From assembly GCA_963758125.1 (NCBI GenBank), contig CAVWUL010000011.1:73347-137346 (forward strand): DNA of 64,000 nt. The letters are read 5' to 3'. The stretch comes from an uncultured Actinomycetes bacterium (lineage in GTDB: Bacteria > Actinomycetota > Thermoleophilia > Gaiellales > Gaiellaceae). This document shows, in pieces, positions 17,781-27,129 of this stretch (position 1 is its first letter; each line of letters starts with the position of its first letter). The notes beneath the pieces were generated by a model. That model was not told where the DNA came from, ran no database searches, and worked only from the letters and a program-made list of their open reading frames with translations. A program made the position numbers and the translations under genes.

Positions 17781-20165
17781 CTAGAGATAACTGCGCCGCT
17801 GGAGCCAGCGCAGCGCGAAGAACCCCCAGACCGGCGGCAGGTAGAACGTCGAGATGCGGTAGAGCAGCACGGCTGCCAGTGCCGATGACTCCTCCATTCC
17901 CGCCGAGGTCAGGCCGACTGTGAGCCCGAGCTCGGTCACGCCGATCCCGCCCGGGACGGGGATGAAGCTCGAGAGCAGCGAGACGCCGATGTTGATCACG
18001 AGGAGGTCGGTGAGCCCGACGCGCGAGCCGAGGCCGAGCGCGAAGAGGCCGAGCGCGACGGCGAAGAGGAGCTCGGTGGCGAGGCTCCCGAAGACGAGCA
18101 GGGCGAGCTTGTTCGTGGAGCGGAGGGTGCCGAGGGCGCTGCGGACCTGCGGCCACCACGTCTGAAACCGGCCGAGCACGAGCTGCCGCAGCCGGCCGAC
18201 CAGGGCGACGGCCAGCACAACCGCGACGAGCAGGCCGATCAGGATCAGGATGATGGCGAGCAGGCCGCCCGACGGCGCGCTCAGGTCGAGGTCGAGGGTC
18301 GCCTCGCTGAAGAGGAGGAGCAGTACGAGCAGGATCGCCTGGATCACCATGCTCGCGAACGAGTCGATCCCGCCGGCGGTGACGGCCGCGGCCGGCGGGA
18401 CGCCCTGGCGCTGGAAGAAGCGGATGTTGATCGTGAGCCGTGCGGCGACGGACGGGAGCGCGAGGTTCATGTAGCCCGTTGCGAGCTGCATCGCGTAGAC
18501 GGGGCCGTATCTGAGGTTGGCGGAGACCGAACCGAGGGTCGAGGCGGATTGGGTCAGCCGCGGAGTCTGTGCAACGATCGCGCCGACGACGATCCAGCCC
18601 CAGACCGCGTCTCCGAGCCCCGTCGCGAACGCGTGCCAGTCGATCCCGGTCGCGAAGGAGAGCAGGGCGAGCGCGGCGAGCAGCAACAGCCCGACCTGGA
18701 TCACCGAGCCCCAGGTGACCCGGCGCAGCCTGACGAGGCCGGGCTCCTTCGTGTCGACGAGCGCCGCGGCCGCCTTGCGCAGCTCGTCGATATCGATCCC
18801 TGCTGCCCTGGCGGCGGCCTTGAGCGGCCCCTCGAGCGCGGCCGACTGCAGGTACGGCAGGAGCTCGGCCACGCCTTCGGTTCCGTGCGCCTCGACCGCC
18901 GCGACGAGCGCCCGCTCTGCCCCGAACCGCGTGGCGGTGGCGACGAGGAGCTGGGTGCGGTCGGTGAGGAGCCGATCCTCGGTCGCTGCGGTCGTCGCGA
19001 AGCCGAGGTCGACGAACCCGACCGCGCCGTCGAAGAGCACGACCGTCGCCGGGTCGAGATGCCGGTGGACGATCCGCGCCTCGTGCAGACGGCCCAGCGA
19101 GCCCCAGCTCCGGGCGAGTAGGCCGTCGTCGAGCTCGGCCGCCGGAAGCGTCCCGAGCGGGCGGGCATCGCCTCGGAGGACGAGCACGCCGTTGTCTCCC
19201 GTCGTCGTCCCCGCGCGGAGCACCTCGTAGACGGGCACGTCGAAGCTGTGGGCGAGCAGGGTCACGAACGCCTCGTATTCGGCTACCTGCCCGCGGCTCA
19301 GCCGCAGCGGGGGACCGCCGTCCTCATACCAGAGGAACCGCCAGATCTTCTCGAGCAGCTGATTGTCGTAGGCGTCCCGGCCGTGCAGCTTGATCGCAAG
19401 CCGCCGGCCGTCCGCCTCGATCGCGTACGCGAGGACGACGCCCGCTGCCTGGCGCTCGGCGAGCTCCAGGTGACCCGCCTCGACCCCGAGCTCCGCGAGC
19501 GCCGCAGCGATCTCCGGGAGGCCCGGCCGGCCGGCCGCCGTGCCGAAGATGAGCCGGACGGCGGAGGCGGCGACCACCGCGACCATCAGCGCGGCGAGGT
19601 TGCCGCTCGGAGATGCGTGGTCGAGAAAGAGCCCGCCGGTGAAGCCGAGCACGAGAACGGCTCGGTTGACCCGCTGGGCGGGCCTGATCAGGTACGGACT
19701 GATCGTCAGGATCACCGAGGCGGCGAGCGCGACCCGGACGGCCGGGAAAGCCGGCGCTCTGGAGTTCTCCGCGAGCGCGTCGCCGACGTTCGGCCAGCCG
19801 CCGCTCGCCAGCCGCGCAGCAACGAGCGCGACGGCAAACGCCAGAACCGCCGCCATGAGCGCCTGGACGACCGCCGAGCGCCTTCGCGACACGAGAACGA
19901 CGACCACGAGCAGGATCGCCCACAGCCAGAACAGGTCGAAGACGAAGCCCCAGACCGGTTCGATCCAGCTCGGCAGGGCGTTCAGTGCGGCGGCTACCGC
20001 CCGCTCGAACGGGCCGGGTGGGTACGCGGCCACGAGCACGGCGAGCGCAATGAGCGCCGGAACGATCAGGATCACGTCCGTCGCCCGGCGGAAACGCTTC
20101 CCACCGGGCTTGGAGGAGAAGACGCTCAGGCGGAGGCGCGCCGCCGGCGGGGGCGACTCAGACAT
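17781..20165 (-). CDS. large membrane protein: N-terminal TM region, kinase-like central domain, C-terminal flippase-like (LPG-synthase TM) domain
   Basis: Start ATG at 20165 (MSESPPP) overlaps the upstream gene stop by 8 nt. LAIKLHG, IVHRHLDPATVVL and VDLGF resemble degenerate kinase motifs. The C-terminal 330 aa are multi-TM. Confidence 0.75.
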   Translation of the reverse strand: MSESPPPAARLRLSVFSSKPGGKRFRRATDVILIVPALIALAVLVAAYPPGPFERAVAAALNALPSWIEPVWGFVFDLFWLWAILLVVVVLVSRRRSAVVQALMAAVLAFAVALVAARLASGGWPNVGDALAENSRAPAFPAVRVALAASVILTISPYLIRPAQRVNRAVLVLGFTGGLFLDHASPSGNLAALMVAVVAASAVRLIFGTAAGRPGLPEIAAALAELGVEAGHLELAERQAAGVVLAYAIEADGRRLAIKLHGRDAYDNQLLEKIWRFLWYEDGGPPLRLSRGQVAEYEAFVTLLAHSFDVPVYEVLRAGTTTGDNGVLVLRGDARPLGTLPAAELDDGLLARSWGSLGRLHEARIVHRHLDPATVVLFDGAVGFVDLGFATTAATEDRLLTDRTQLLVATATRFGAERALVAAVEAHGTEGVAELLPYLQSAALEGPLKAAARAAGIDIDELRKAAAALVDTKEPGLVRLRRVTWGSVIQVGLLLLAALALLSFATGIDWHAFATGLGDAVWGWIVVGAIVAQTPRLTQSASTLGSVSANLRYGPVYAMQLATGYMNLALPSVAARLTINIRFFQRQGVPPAAAVTAGGIDSFASMVIQAILLVLLLLFSEATLDLDLSAPSGGLLAIILILIGLLVAVVLAVALVGRLRQLVLGRFQTWWPQVRSALGTLRSTNKLALLVFGSLATELLFAVALGLFALGLGSRVGLTDLLVINIGVSLLSSFIPVPGGIGVTELGLTVGLTSAGMEESSALAAVLLYRISTFYLPPVWGFFALRWLQRRSYL

Positions 20166-21066
20166 CGGTGCCCACCGCCGGGACCTTCTCGGCGCGCGCT
20201 GCGCGGCGGGCCGCGAGCGTCGCATTGATCACCGCCGAGGCGACCACGAGCCGACCGATCAGGAACAGGCTGAGCAGGATCGCCGAGGCCGTGCCGAGTG
20301 TGCCGTAGCTGCTTCGGCGCTGCTCGTGGAGCAGGTCGAGCAGGTACGTGTCGAACCCGCGGACGGCGAGAAGCCCGACGCCGTAGAGGATCGCCCCAGG
20401 GATCAGCGCTGCCCACGGGGCGCCCGCGTGCGGCAGCCGCAGCGACATCCCGAGCCAGATCACGGCGAGCACCAGGCCGAGGCCGGTTAGCGAGAGCACG
20501 TATGCGAGCACGGATTCCGGCCGGAACCCCCCGAGGACTCCGAGCGCGACGAGCTGGGCAGCAAGGCCGAGCGCGAAGATCTTCCGCGAGCGGCCCGCCT
20601 TCGCCGGCACGGCGGTGTTCTCCCAGGCGAGCGCATGCACGACGGCGACCGCGCGGTGAAGCACGACCGTGACGTAGGCGAGCACGATCAGCGACACGAG
20701 CGCGACCCAGACTCCGGCGCCCTTCTGCGCGGTGGCCGCGACCTCGTTCGTGACCAGATTGACGATGCCGATGTCCTTCGAGACCTGAAGAGGCTTCGTG
20801 CCCGTCCAGTTCGCGACAAGCCCGAGTACCGCAATCAGGAAGAACCCGAGCGGCAGGAAGAAGAGAAACAGCCGGTAGGCGAGCGCACCCGCGAGGATGC
20901 CGCCTCCGACCTGGGAGTCGCGCTCGATCACCGCGAACGACGCATCGAGCATCGGCGTGCGTGTCCTCGCCCCCTCGATTCTCCGCCGCAGCACCTGCGT
21001 CTGGTCGATGGCGTGCCGGAGCCGCTGGACGGCCCCCGGCTTCGGCTCGCTCGCGGGGCGGGACAT
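20158..21066 (-). CDS. YihY/BrkB-family membrane protein
   Basis: ATG at 21066 (MSRPASEP). GGILAGALAYRLFLFFLPLGFFLIA is typical of the YihY family. About 6 TM segments. Confidence 0.8.
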   Translation of the reverse strand: MSRPASEPKPGAVQRLRHAIDQTQVLRRRIEGARTRTPMLDASFAVIERDSQVGGGILAGALAYRLFLFFLPLGFFLIAVLGLVANWTGTKPLQVSKDIGIVNLVTNEVAATAQKGAGVWVALVSLIVLAYVTVVLHRAVAVVHALAWENTAVPAKAGRSRKIFALGLAAQLVALGVLGGFRPESVLAYVLSLTGLGLVLAVIWLGMSLRLPHAGAPWAALIPGAILYGVGLLAVRGFDTYLLDLLHEQRRSSYGTLGTASAILLSLFLIGRLVVASAVINATLAARRAARAEKVPAVGTDV

Positions 21067-21130
21067 GCCGCTGAGCGTAGTCGGCCACGCGTTTCCGTTC
21101 CGGCAACCGTGCTCCGTTACGCTCATCGCG

Positions 21131-22105
21131 ATGGCCGAGCATTTCGTCTCCACCGGGCATCTGCCCCCCGTCGACATGGTCGGCGCGCTCGTCGGGGAGG
21201 CCCTCGAGCGCTTCGGCACGAACACGGACGGCGCGCTCTCGAACGTCTACCCGGCACTCGAGCGGGTCGATCCGAGCCTGTTCGGGATCTGTGTCGCCGG
21301 CGTACGCGGCTCCCTCCAGACGGCGGGGGACGCCGAGCACGGGTTCACGATCATGAGCGTCTCCAAACCGTTCGTGCTCGCGCTCGTCTGCGAAGCGCTC
21401 GGTGCCGACGAGGTGCGCCGGCGGATCGGCGTGAACGCAACGGGGCTCGCATTCAACTCGCTGGCGGCGATCGAGCGGAGCCCCGACGGACGGACGAACC
21501 CGATGGTGAACCCGGGCGCGATCGCGACCACGAGCCTCATGCCGGGCGCCGATGCAAGCGAGAGATGGCGAGCGATCGAGGATGGTCTCTCGGCGTTCGC
21601 CGGACGGACGCTCGCGGTCGACGCCGAGATCTACGCCTCCGCCTCGGAGACGAATCACCGCAACCAGGCGGCTGCGCGGCTGCTCGAGAGCCTCGGCCGG
21701 ATCTATGTCGACCCGGCGGAGGCGGTCGACCTCTACACCCGCCAGTGCTCGCTCACCGTGACCGCACGCGATCTCGCGGCGATGGGCGCAACGCTCGCCG
21801 ACGGCGGCGTGAACCCGCTGACCGGCGAGCGGGTGATCGGCGAGACGGCCTGCCGGCACACGCTCGCCGCAATGGCGACCGCCGGTCTCTACGAGACCTC
21901 GGGCGACTGGCTCTATCAGGTGGGGCTGCCCGGGAAGAGCGGGATCGGCGGCGGGATCGTCACCGTGTCACCCGGCAAAGGCAGCCTCGGCACGTTCGCA
22001 CCCCTCCTCGACAGCGCCGGCAACAGCGTCAAGGGGCAGCTCACCGCCCGTTTCCTCTCCCGCGAGCTGGGGCTCGATCTGTTCGCGTCAGAGCCGCTGC
22101 TCTGA
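21131..22105 (+). CDS. glsA: glutaminase A
   Basis: 324 aa. IMSVSKPF, NPMVNPGAI, GKSGIGGGI and GNSVKG motifs of the serine-dependent glutaminase family. Confidence 0.9.
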   Translation: MAEHFVSTGHLPPVDMVGALVGEALERFGTNTDGALSNVYPALERVDPSLFGICVAGVRGSLQTAGDAEHGFTIMSVSKPFVLALVCEALGADEVRRRIGVNATGLAFNSLAAIERSPDGRTNPMVNPGAIATTSLMPGADASERWRAIEDGLSAFAGRTLAVDAEIYASASETNHRNQAAARLLESLGRIYVDPAEAVDLYTRQCSLTVTARDLAAMGATLADGGVNPLTGERVIGETACRHTLAAMATAGLYETSGDWLYQVGLPGKSGIGGGIVTVSPGKGSLGTFAPLLDSAGNSVKGQLTARFLSRELGLDLFASEPLL

Positions 22106-22181
22106 CGATTCCTTGACGCCGCTCGCGGGCGTGTCTAGGGTCGGCACCGGCGGGTCGTCCGGCCTGCCAACCCCAAGCCAG

Positions 22182-23852
22182 ATGTCAACAGCCGCCTCCG
22201 AGCCGTCCCCAGCGCCCAACGGCGGTTTCATGGCGAAGATGCTCGACGGGATCGAGCGGCTCGGGAACCGGATGCCCGACCCGGCGATCCTCTTCCTCTG
22301 GCTCTGCGCGGGCGTGATCGTGCTCTCCCAGGTGCTGTACTGGGCCGGGGTCAAGGCCACCTTCGAGGTCGCGAGCCCGCCGCCGATCCCGACCGAGCAG
22401 GAGTACTACGGCGGATCGACCGAGCCCGTCGACGTCGGGCCGACCCAGCCGGCTCCCGCCCCCAGTTATCAGATCCACACCGAGACGGCGAAGGTCAAGG
22501 GCCTCCTGACAGGCGAGGGCATTCGTTACCTCTTCACCTCGTTCGTCAGCAACTTCCGCAACTTCTCGGCCGTCACGATCATCCTCGTGGTGATGATCGG
22601 CGTCGGGCTGGCCGAGGCCGCCGGGCTGATCGGGGCGCTGATCCGAAAACTTGTCGGGGTCTCGTCGAAGAGCTCGCTGACCTTCATCATCGTGCTGCTC
22701 GGGATCATCTCGAGCATCGCCTCTGACGCCGGCTACCTGGTGCTGATCCCGCTCGGCGCGGCGGCGTTCCTCAGCGTCGGGAGGCACCCGTTAGCAGGCA
22801 TTGCCGCGGCCTTCGCGGGCGTAGCTGCGGGCTTCGGCGTGAACTTCCTGATCACCCCGCTCGACGGGGTCCTGACCGAGATCACGAACGACGCCGCGGG
22901 CTCGAAGGCGAATCACATCGACCTGGCGGCGAACCTCTACTTCGGGATCGGCTCGACGATCTTCGTCGCCATCGTCCTCACGTTCGTCTCGGCCAAGTTC
23001 GTCGAGAACCGGCTCGGGACATACAACCCGGCCGACGCCGGCAAGGGCGAGGAGCTCGACGCGAACCCGCCGCTCGAGATCTCACCCGAGGACGAGGCCC
23101 GCGGGCTGCGTTACGCGCTCTTCGCCACGCTGGCGGTCGTCGCGGTAATCGCCCTCCTGACCGTGATCCCGGGCGCGCCGCTCCGGAACCCCGTCACCGG
23201 CTCGATCATCGGCGACTCGCCGTTCATGGACAGCCTGATCGTGATCATCACGATCATCTTCTTCGCCGCCGGTCTCGCGTTCGGCTACGGCGCGAACACG
23301 ATCAAGGGCAGCGCCGCGATCCTCAACTCGATCACGAAGTCCTGGTCGGGGCTCGCGAGCCTGCTCTTCCTGTTCCTGCTGATCGCCCAGTTCATCGCCT
23401 ACTTCAACTTCACGAACATCGCGGAGATCCTGGCGGTGAAGCTCGGCGACTGGCTCGAGCGGGCCAACATCGGCACGATCTGGCTGCTGATCGGGCTGAT
23501 CATCATCACGATCATCGTCGACCTGATCATCCCGGCGGCGATCGCGAAATGGGCGCTCCTCGCACCGATCTTCATCCCGCTCTTCCTGCGGCTGAACGTC
23601 GCGCCGCAGACGGTGCTTGCCGCCTACCGCGTCGGCGACTCGCCGGCCAACGTGATCACGCCGCTGATGGCCTACTTCCCGCTGATCGTGATCTTCACCC
23701 AGCGCTACCGCAAGGACGCCGGCATCGGCACCGTCGTCTCGATGATGATCCCGTACGTCGTGATCCTCTCGGTGGCGTGGGTCTTGTTCTTCATCGCCTG
23801 GTACCTGCTCGACATCCCGCTCGGCCCCGGCTCGCCGGTCCATCTGCACTAG
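22182..23852 (+). CDS. AbgT-family transporter (p-aminobenzoyl-glutamate transporter family)
   Basis: MLDGIERLGNRMPDPAILF N-terminus is typical of AbgT, followed by a multi-TM body. Start is uncertain (ATG at 22182 or 22230). Confidence 0.85.
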   Translation: MSTAASEPSPAPNGGFMAKMLDGIERLGNRMPDPAILFLWLCAGVIVLSQVLYWAGVKATFEVASPPPIPTEQEYYGGSTEPVDVGPTQPAPAPSYQIHTETAKVKGLLTGEGIRYLFTSFVSNFRNFSAVTIILVVMIGVGLAEAAGLIGALIRKLVGVSSKSSLTFIIVLLGIISSIASDAGYLVLIPLGAAAFLSVGRHPLAGIAAAFAGVAAGFGVNFLITPLDGVLTEITNDAAGSKANHIDLAANLYFGIGSTIFVAIVLTFVSAKFVENRLGTYNPADAGKGEELDANPPLEISPEDEARGLRYALFATLAVVAVIALLTVIPGAPLRNPVTGSIIGDSPFMDSLIVIITIIFFAAGLAFGYGANTIKGSAAILNSITKSWSGLASLLFLFLLIAQFIAYFNFTNIAEILAVKLGDWLERANIGTIWLLIGLIIITIIVDLIIPAAIAKWALLAPIFIPLFLRLNVAPQTVLAAYRVGDSPANVITPLMAYFPLIVIFTQRYRKDAGIGTVVSMMIPYVVILSVAWVLFFIAWYLLDIPLGPGSPVHLH

Positions 23853-23867
23853 CGAGGGCGCTTTTAA

Positions 23868-24052
23868 TCGGCCACGCGGACGTCGTTTTCAGCCACGCCG
23901 TTCCGAGCCAGGCACGAGGGCCTTTTCGTCACACTTTCGTTCCAGTACCTGTCCCCTGCTTTCTGCCTGCTCGGTGCAGGAATTCAGCGTTCGGGCCCCC
24001 GTCGTTTTCAGGCGTTACCTGACCCCGGTTTTCAGGCGTTACCTGACCCCGG
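23868..24052. repeat. ~150-nt intergenic repeat element, copy A, with an internal 24-bp exact tandem duplication
   Basis: Inverted relative of 44918..45064. Shared core TTTTCGTCACACTTTCGTTCC at 23923..23943. CGTCGTTTTCAG at both ends. TTTTCAGGCGTTACCTGACCCCGG occurs twice (24005..24052). Confidence 0.75.
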
Positions 24053-24107
24053 TTTTGACCCGGGTTTTGACGGCGCCTCGCGGGCCGATGCATCTCGGGG
24101 TCGAGCC

Positions 24108-25469
24108 CTAGCTGCGCTGCTCGGCGAAGAGCCGGAAGAACTCCGCCTCGGCGACGACCGTCTTCTCGAACTCGTCGAGGATGACGCGCTCGTCCGGGGC
24201 GTGGATGTTGCTGTAGCCGTCCGTCGCTCCCAGCAGGAGGATCTCCGCACCGGGGACCGCCTCTGCGAGAGCGTTCACGAGCGGGATCGAGCCGCCCGTT
24301 GCGACGATCGCCGTCTCCCCGCCCCAGGCCGTCTCCATCGCCTCTTTCGCGGCGACATACGCCGGCCCCGAGGTCTCGGCCAGAAAGCCGTTACCGGTCT
24401 CGAGCGCGGTCACCTTCAAGGGCACGCCGAACGGCTTCAGGCCTTGGAGGAAGCTCACCACGGCAGCCTGCGCCTCTTTTGCGTCCTGGGCGGGATGGAC
24501 CCGCACGTTCAGCCGGGCCGCGGCATGCGGCTGCACGGCGTTCAGAGCGTTTGCGACCGACGGAGCGTCGATACCCGTGATCGTGATCGCGGGGCCCGAC
24601 CAGAGGCGTGAGCCCAGGCCGCCCGTGCCCTGGAACGGGAGGCCGTCGTCGATCTCCGCGAGCGCGCGGAACTCCTCATCCGTGTAGTCGGTGCCCGGCC
24701 ACTCCTCGCGCCGCAGCCCTGGCACTGCGACGTCGCCGTTCTCGTCGTGCAAAGCAGCGAGAGCCTGGATCAGGACGACGAGAGCGTCGGGCGCAGCACC
24801 GCCGTACTGGCCGCTGTGCTTGGCGCCCGCGAGCGTGCTGACCTCGATCTCGATCTGGGCCATGCCCCGGAGCCCGATCGTGAGCGTGGGGACGCCCGGC
24901 CGAACGCTGCCGGCGTCGGCGATGATCATCGCGTCCGAGCGGAAGGCGTCGGGGTTCGAGCGCGCATAGTTCATCAGGTCTCCGCCGCCCACCTCCTCCT
25001 GGCCCTCGATCACGAGCTTGATCCCGACCGGGGGGCTGCCGTCCCAGGCGCGCAGCGCGCCGACGTGGGCGATCACGTTCGCCTTCGAGTCGGAGGCCCC
25101 GCGGCCGAAGAGCGCACCGTCGCGCTCGGTCGGCTCGAAGGGCGGCGAGCTCCAGAGCGATTCGTCGCCGGCGGGAACGACGTCGTAGTGGCTGTAGAGG
25201 AGAACCGTCGGCGCGCCTTCCGGCGCCGGAATCTCGCCCACGATCACGGGCGCCGTGCCCGGTAGCGAGAGCGACTCGAGGTGGGTCACGCCGGCCCCGT
25301 GCAGGAGCTCGACGACGAGGTCGTGAGCCTGCAGCACCTCGTCGCTGACCTCGGCGGTCGACGAGATCGACGGGATCCGCGAGAGGTTGACGAGGTCGGA
25401 CGTCAACTCCGGCATGAGGGCCCGCACCTTCTCCTGAATCGCCGCTCCGGTCATCTGCGTTTCGGTCAT
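24108..25469 (-). CDS. M20-family dipeptidase / peptidase (ArgE/DapE/ACY1/CPG2 group)
   Basis: 453 aa. LLYSHYDVVP, GRGASDSK and EGQEEVGG metal-ligand motifs of peptidase M20. Confidence 0.85.
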   Translation of the reverse strand: MTETQMTGAAIQEKVRALMPELTSDLVNLSRIPSISSTAEVSDEVLQAHDLVVELLHGAGVTHLESLSLPGTAPVIVGEIPAPEGAPTVLLYSHYDVVPAGDESLWSSPPFEPTERDGALFGRGASDSKANVIAHVGALRAWDGSPPVGIKLVIEGQEEVGGGDLMNYARSNPDAFRSDAMIIADAGSVRPGVPTLTIGLRGMAQIEIEVSTLAGAKHSGQYGGAAPDALVVLIQALAALHDENGDVAVPGLRREEWPGTDYTDEEFRALAEIDDGLPFQGTGGLGSRLWSGPAITITGIDAPSVANALNAVQPHAAARLNVRVHPAQDAKEAQAAVVSFLQGLKPFGVPLKVTALETGNGFLAETSGPAYVAAKEAMETAWGGETAIVATGGSIPLVNALAEAVPGAEILLLGATDGYSNIHAPDERVILDEFEKTVVAEAEFFRLFAEQRS

Positions 25470-25563
25470 TGCGTGCTCCCTCCCGTTCGCTTCGTTGACG
25501 CCGCACCGCCAGCGTACTCATCCACTCGTTAGGTTTCCACCGAGCCTCGCGGCTCAGCCCTCC

Positions 25564-27129
25564 GTGAGCCATTCGACGATCACCTTCCTCGTGCTCGCCG
25601 CGGTCGTCGTGGTGTTCACGCTCGACCGGGTGCCGGTCGCGATCGTCGCGATCGGGACGGCGCTCTCGCTGTGGGCGACGGGCGTGCTCGATCTGAACCA
25701 GGCGCTCGCGGGATTCGGCGACCCGACGGTGCTTTTCATCGGGTCGCTCTTCGTCGTCAGCGAGGCGCTCGACGCCTCGGGCGTCACAGCCTGGGCGGGG
25801 CAGACATTGATCGGGCAGGTCGGGGAGAGCCGCACCCGCCTGATCGTGCTCATGTCCCTGCTCGTCGCCGGGCTCACGGCGCTGATCAACGTGAACGGCG
25901 CCGTCGCCGCACTCGTCCCGGTCGTCGTCGTGACGGCCGTGCGGCTCCGGCGCCGCCCGGCACAGCTCCTGATGCCGCTCGCCTTTGCCGCCCATGCCGG
26001 CTCGCTGCTCGCACTCACCGGCACTCCGGTCAACGTGATCATCTCGGAGTCCGCGAAGGACGCGGGCGTCGGCGCATTCGGGTTCTTCTCGTTCGCGCTC
26101 GTGGGCGTGCCGCTGCTCGTCGGGACGATCGCGATCATCCTGCTCTTCGGCGAACGACTGCTGCCGGACCGTCAGCCTCGCGCGAGCTCGCGGAACTTCA
26201 GTGAGCACGCCCGGACGCTCGTCGAGACCTACTCGCTCGACGACGAACCCGACTCGCTGATGACGAAGCGCTCGGGTGTGGCCGAGATCGTGATCCCGCC
26301 GCGCTCGGAGCTGATCGGCGAGCACGCCTATCCGGGGATGATCACAGACAGCGGCGACCTCGTCGTGCTCGCGGTACAGCGCCTTGGCGAGGACATCGAA
26401 CCCGGCGAGACGGTGCTCGCTGTGGGGGACTCACTGCTGCTCCAGGGCTCGTGGGGCGCTCTCGAGCACCATCTCGACGATCCCTCCGTGCTCGTCGTCG
26501 ACTCACCCGAGGCGGTGCGGCGACAGACGGTGCCGCTCGGGCTCGGCGCCTGGGAGTCGATCGCCGTCCTCGCGGCGATGGTCGTGCTGCTCGCCACGGG
26601 CGCCGTGCCGCCGGCGGTCGCCGGGCTGCTCGCAGCAGGGGCGCTGGTGCTTCTCCGGGTGCTGACGATCGACCAGGCCTACCGTGGGATCTCCTGGACG
26701 ACCGTGATCCTCGTCGGCGGGATGATCTCGCTCTCGACCGCGATGACCGAATCCGGCGCCGCCGAGAAGCTGGCGAACGAGCTCGTGAAGATCGTCGGCG
26801 GCCACGGGGGCTACGCGCTCCTTGCCGGCCTCTTCGTGCTGACGGCCGTGCTCGGCCAGCTGATCAGCAACATGGCGACGGCGCTGATCGTGATCCCGAT
26901 CTCGCTCTCGGCCGCCCACGACGTCGGGGTGTCGCCGAAGCCTGTGCTGATGTGCGTGTGCGTCTCGGCCGCCGCGTCGTTCCTGACGCCCGTCGCGACA
27001 CCGGCGAACCTCATGGTGATGGGGCCCGCCGGCTATCGCTTCGGCGACTACTGGAAGCTCGGGCTGCCGCTGCTCGCGCTCTTCGGCGCGGTCGCGATCT
27101 TCCTCGTGCCGGTGTTCTGGTCCTTCTAG
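25564..27129 (+). CDS. SLC13/DASS-family permease with central TrkA-C domain(s)
   Basis: Multi-TM halves flank a soluble insert (AEIVIPPRSELIGEHAYPGM...VLAVGDSLLLQG) resembling TrkA_C. GTG start at 25564 is inferred; the track TTG at 25495 is less likely. Confidence 0.8.
   Translation: MSHSTITFLVLAAVVVVFTLDRVPVAIVAIGTALSLWATGVLDLNQALAGFGDPTVLFIGSLFVVSEALDASGVTAWAGQTLIGQVGESRTRLIVLMSLLVAGLTALINVNGAVAALVPVVVVTAVRLRRRPAQLLMPLAFAAHAGSLLALTGTPVNVIISESAKDAGVGAFGFFSFALVGVPLLVGTIAIILLFGERLLPDRQPRASSRNFSEHARTLVETYSLDDEPDSLMTKRSGVAEIVIPPRSELIGEHAYPGMITDSGDLVVLAVQRLGEDIEPGETVLAVGDSLLLQGSWGALEHHLDDPSVLVVDSPEAVRRQTVPLGLGAWESIAVLAAMVVLLATGAVPPAVAGLLAAGALVLLRVLTIDQAYRGISWTTVILVGGMISLSTAMTESGAAEKLANELVKIVGGHGGYALLAGLFVLTAVLGQLISNMATALIVIPISLSAAHDVGVSPKPVLMCVCVSAAASFLTPVATPANLMVMGPAGYRFGDYWKLGLPLLALFGAVAIFLVPVFWSF

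Noticed and set aside
17695-18159. N-terminal extension of ORF 16888..18159
   Set aside because: It is Arg/Pro-rich, overlaps the 3' end of the 17781..20165 gene on the same strand, and has a composition unlike the rest of the ORF. ATG 17694 was used instead.
24005-24052. TCAGG-N5-CCTGA ends of the 150-nt elements as additional operator sites
   Set aside because: The half sites match, but the centre is 5 nt rather than 3 nt and the context is gene 3' ends, not promoters. They are kept out of the operator set; the resemblance may be coincidental or ancestral.
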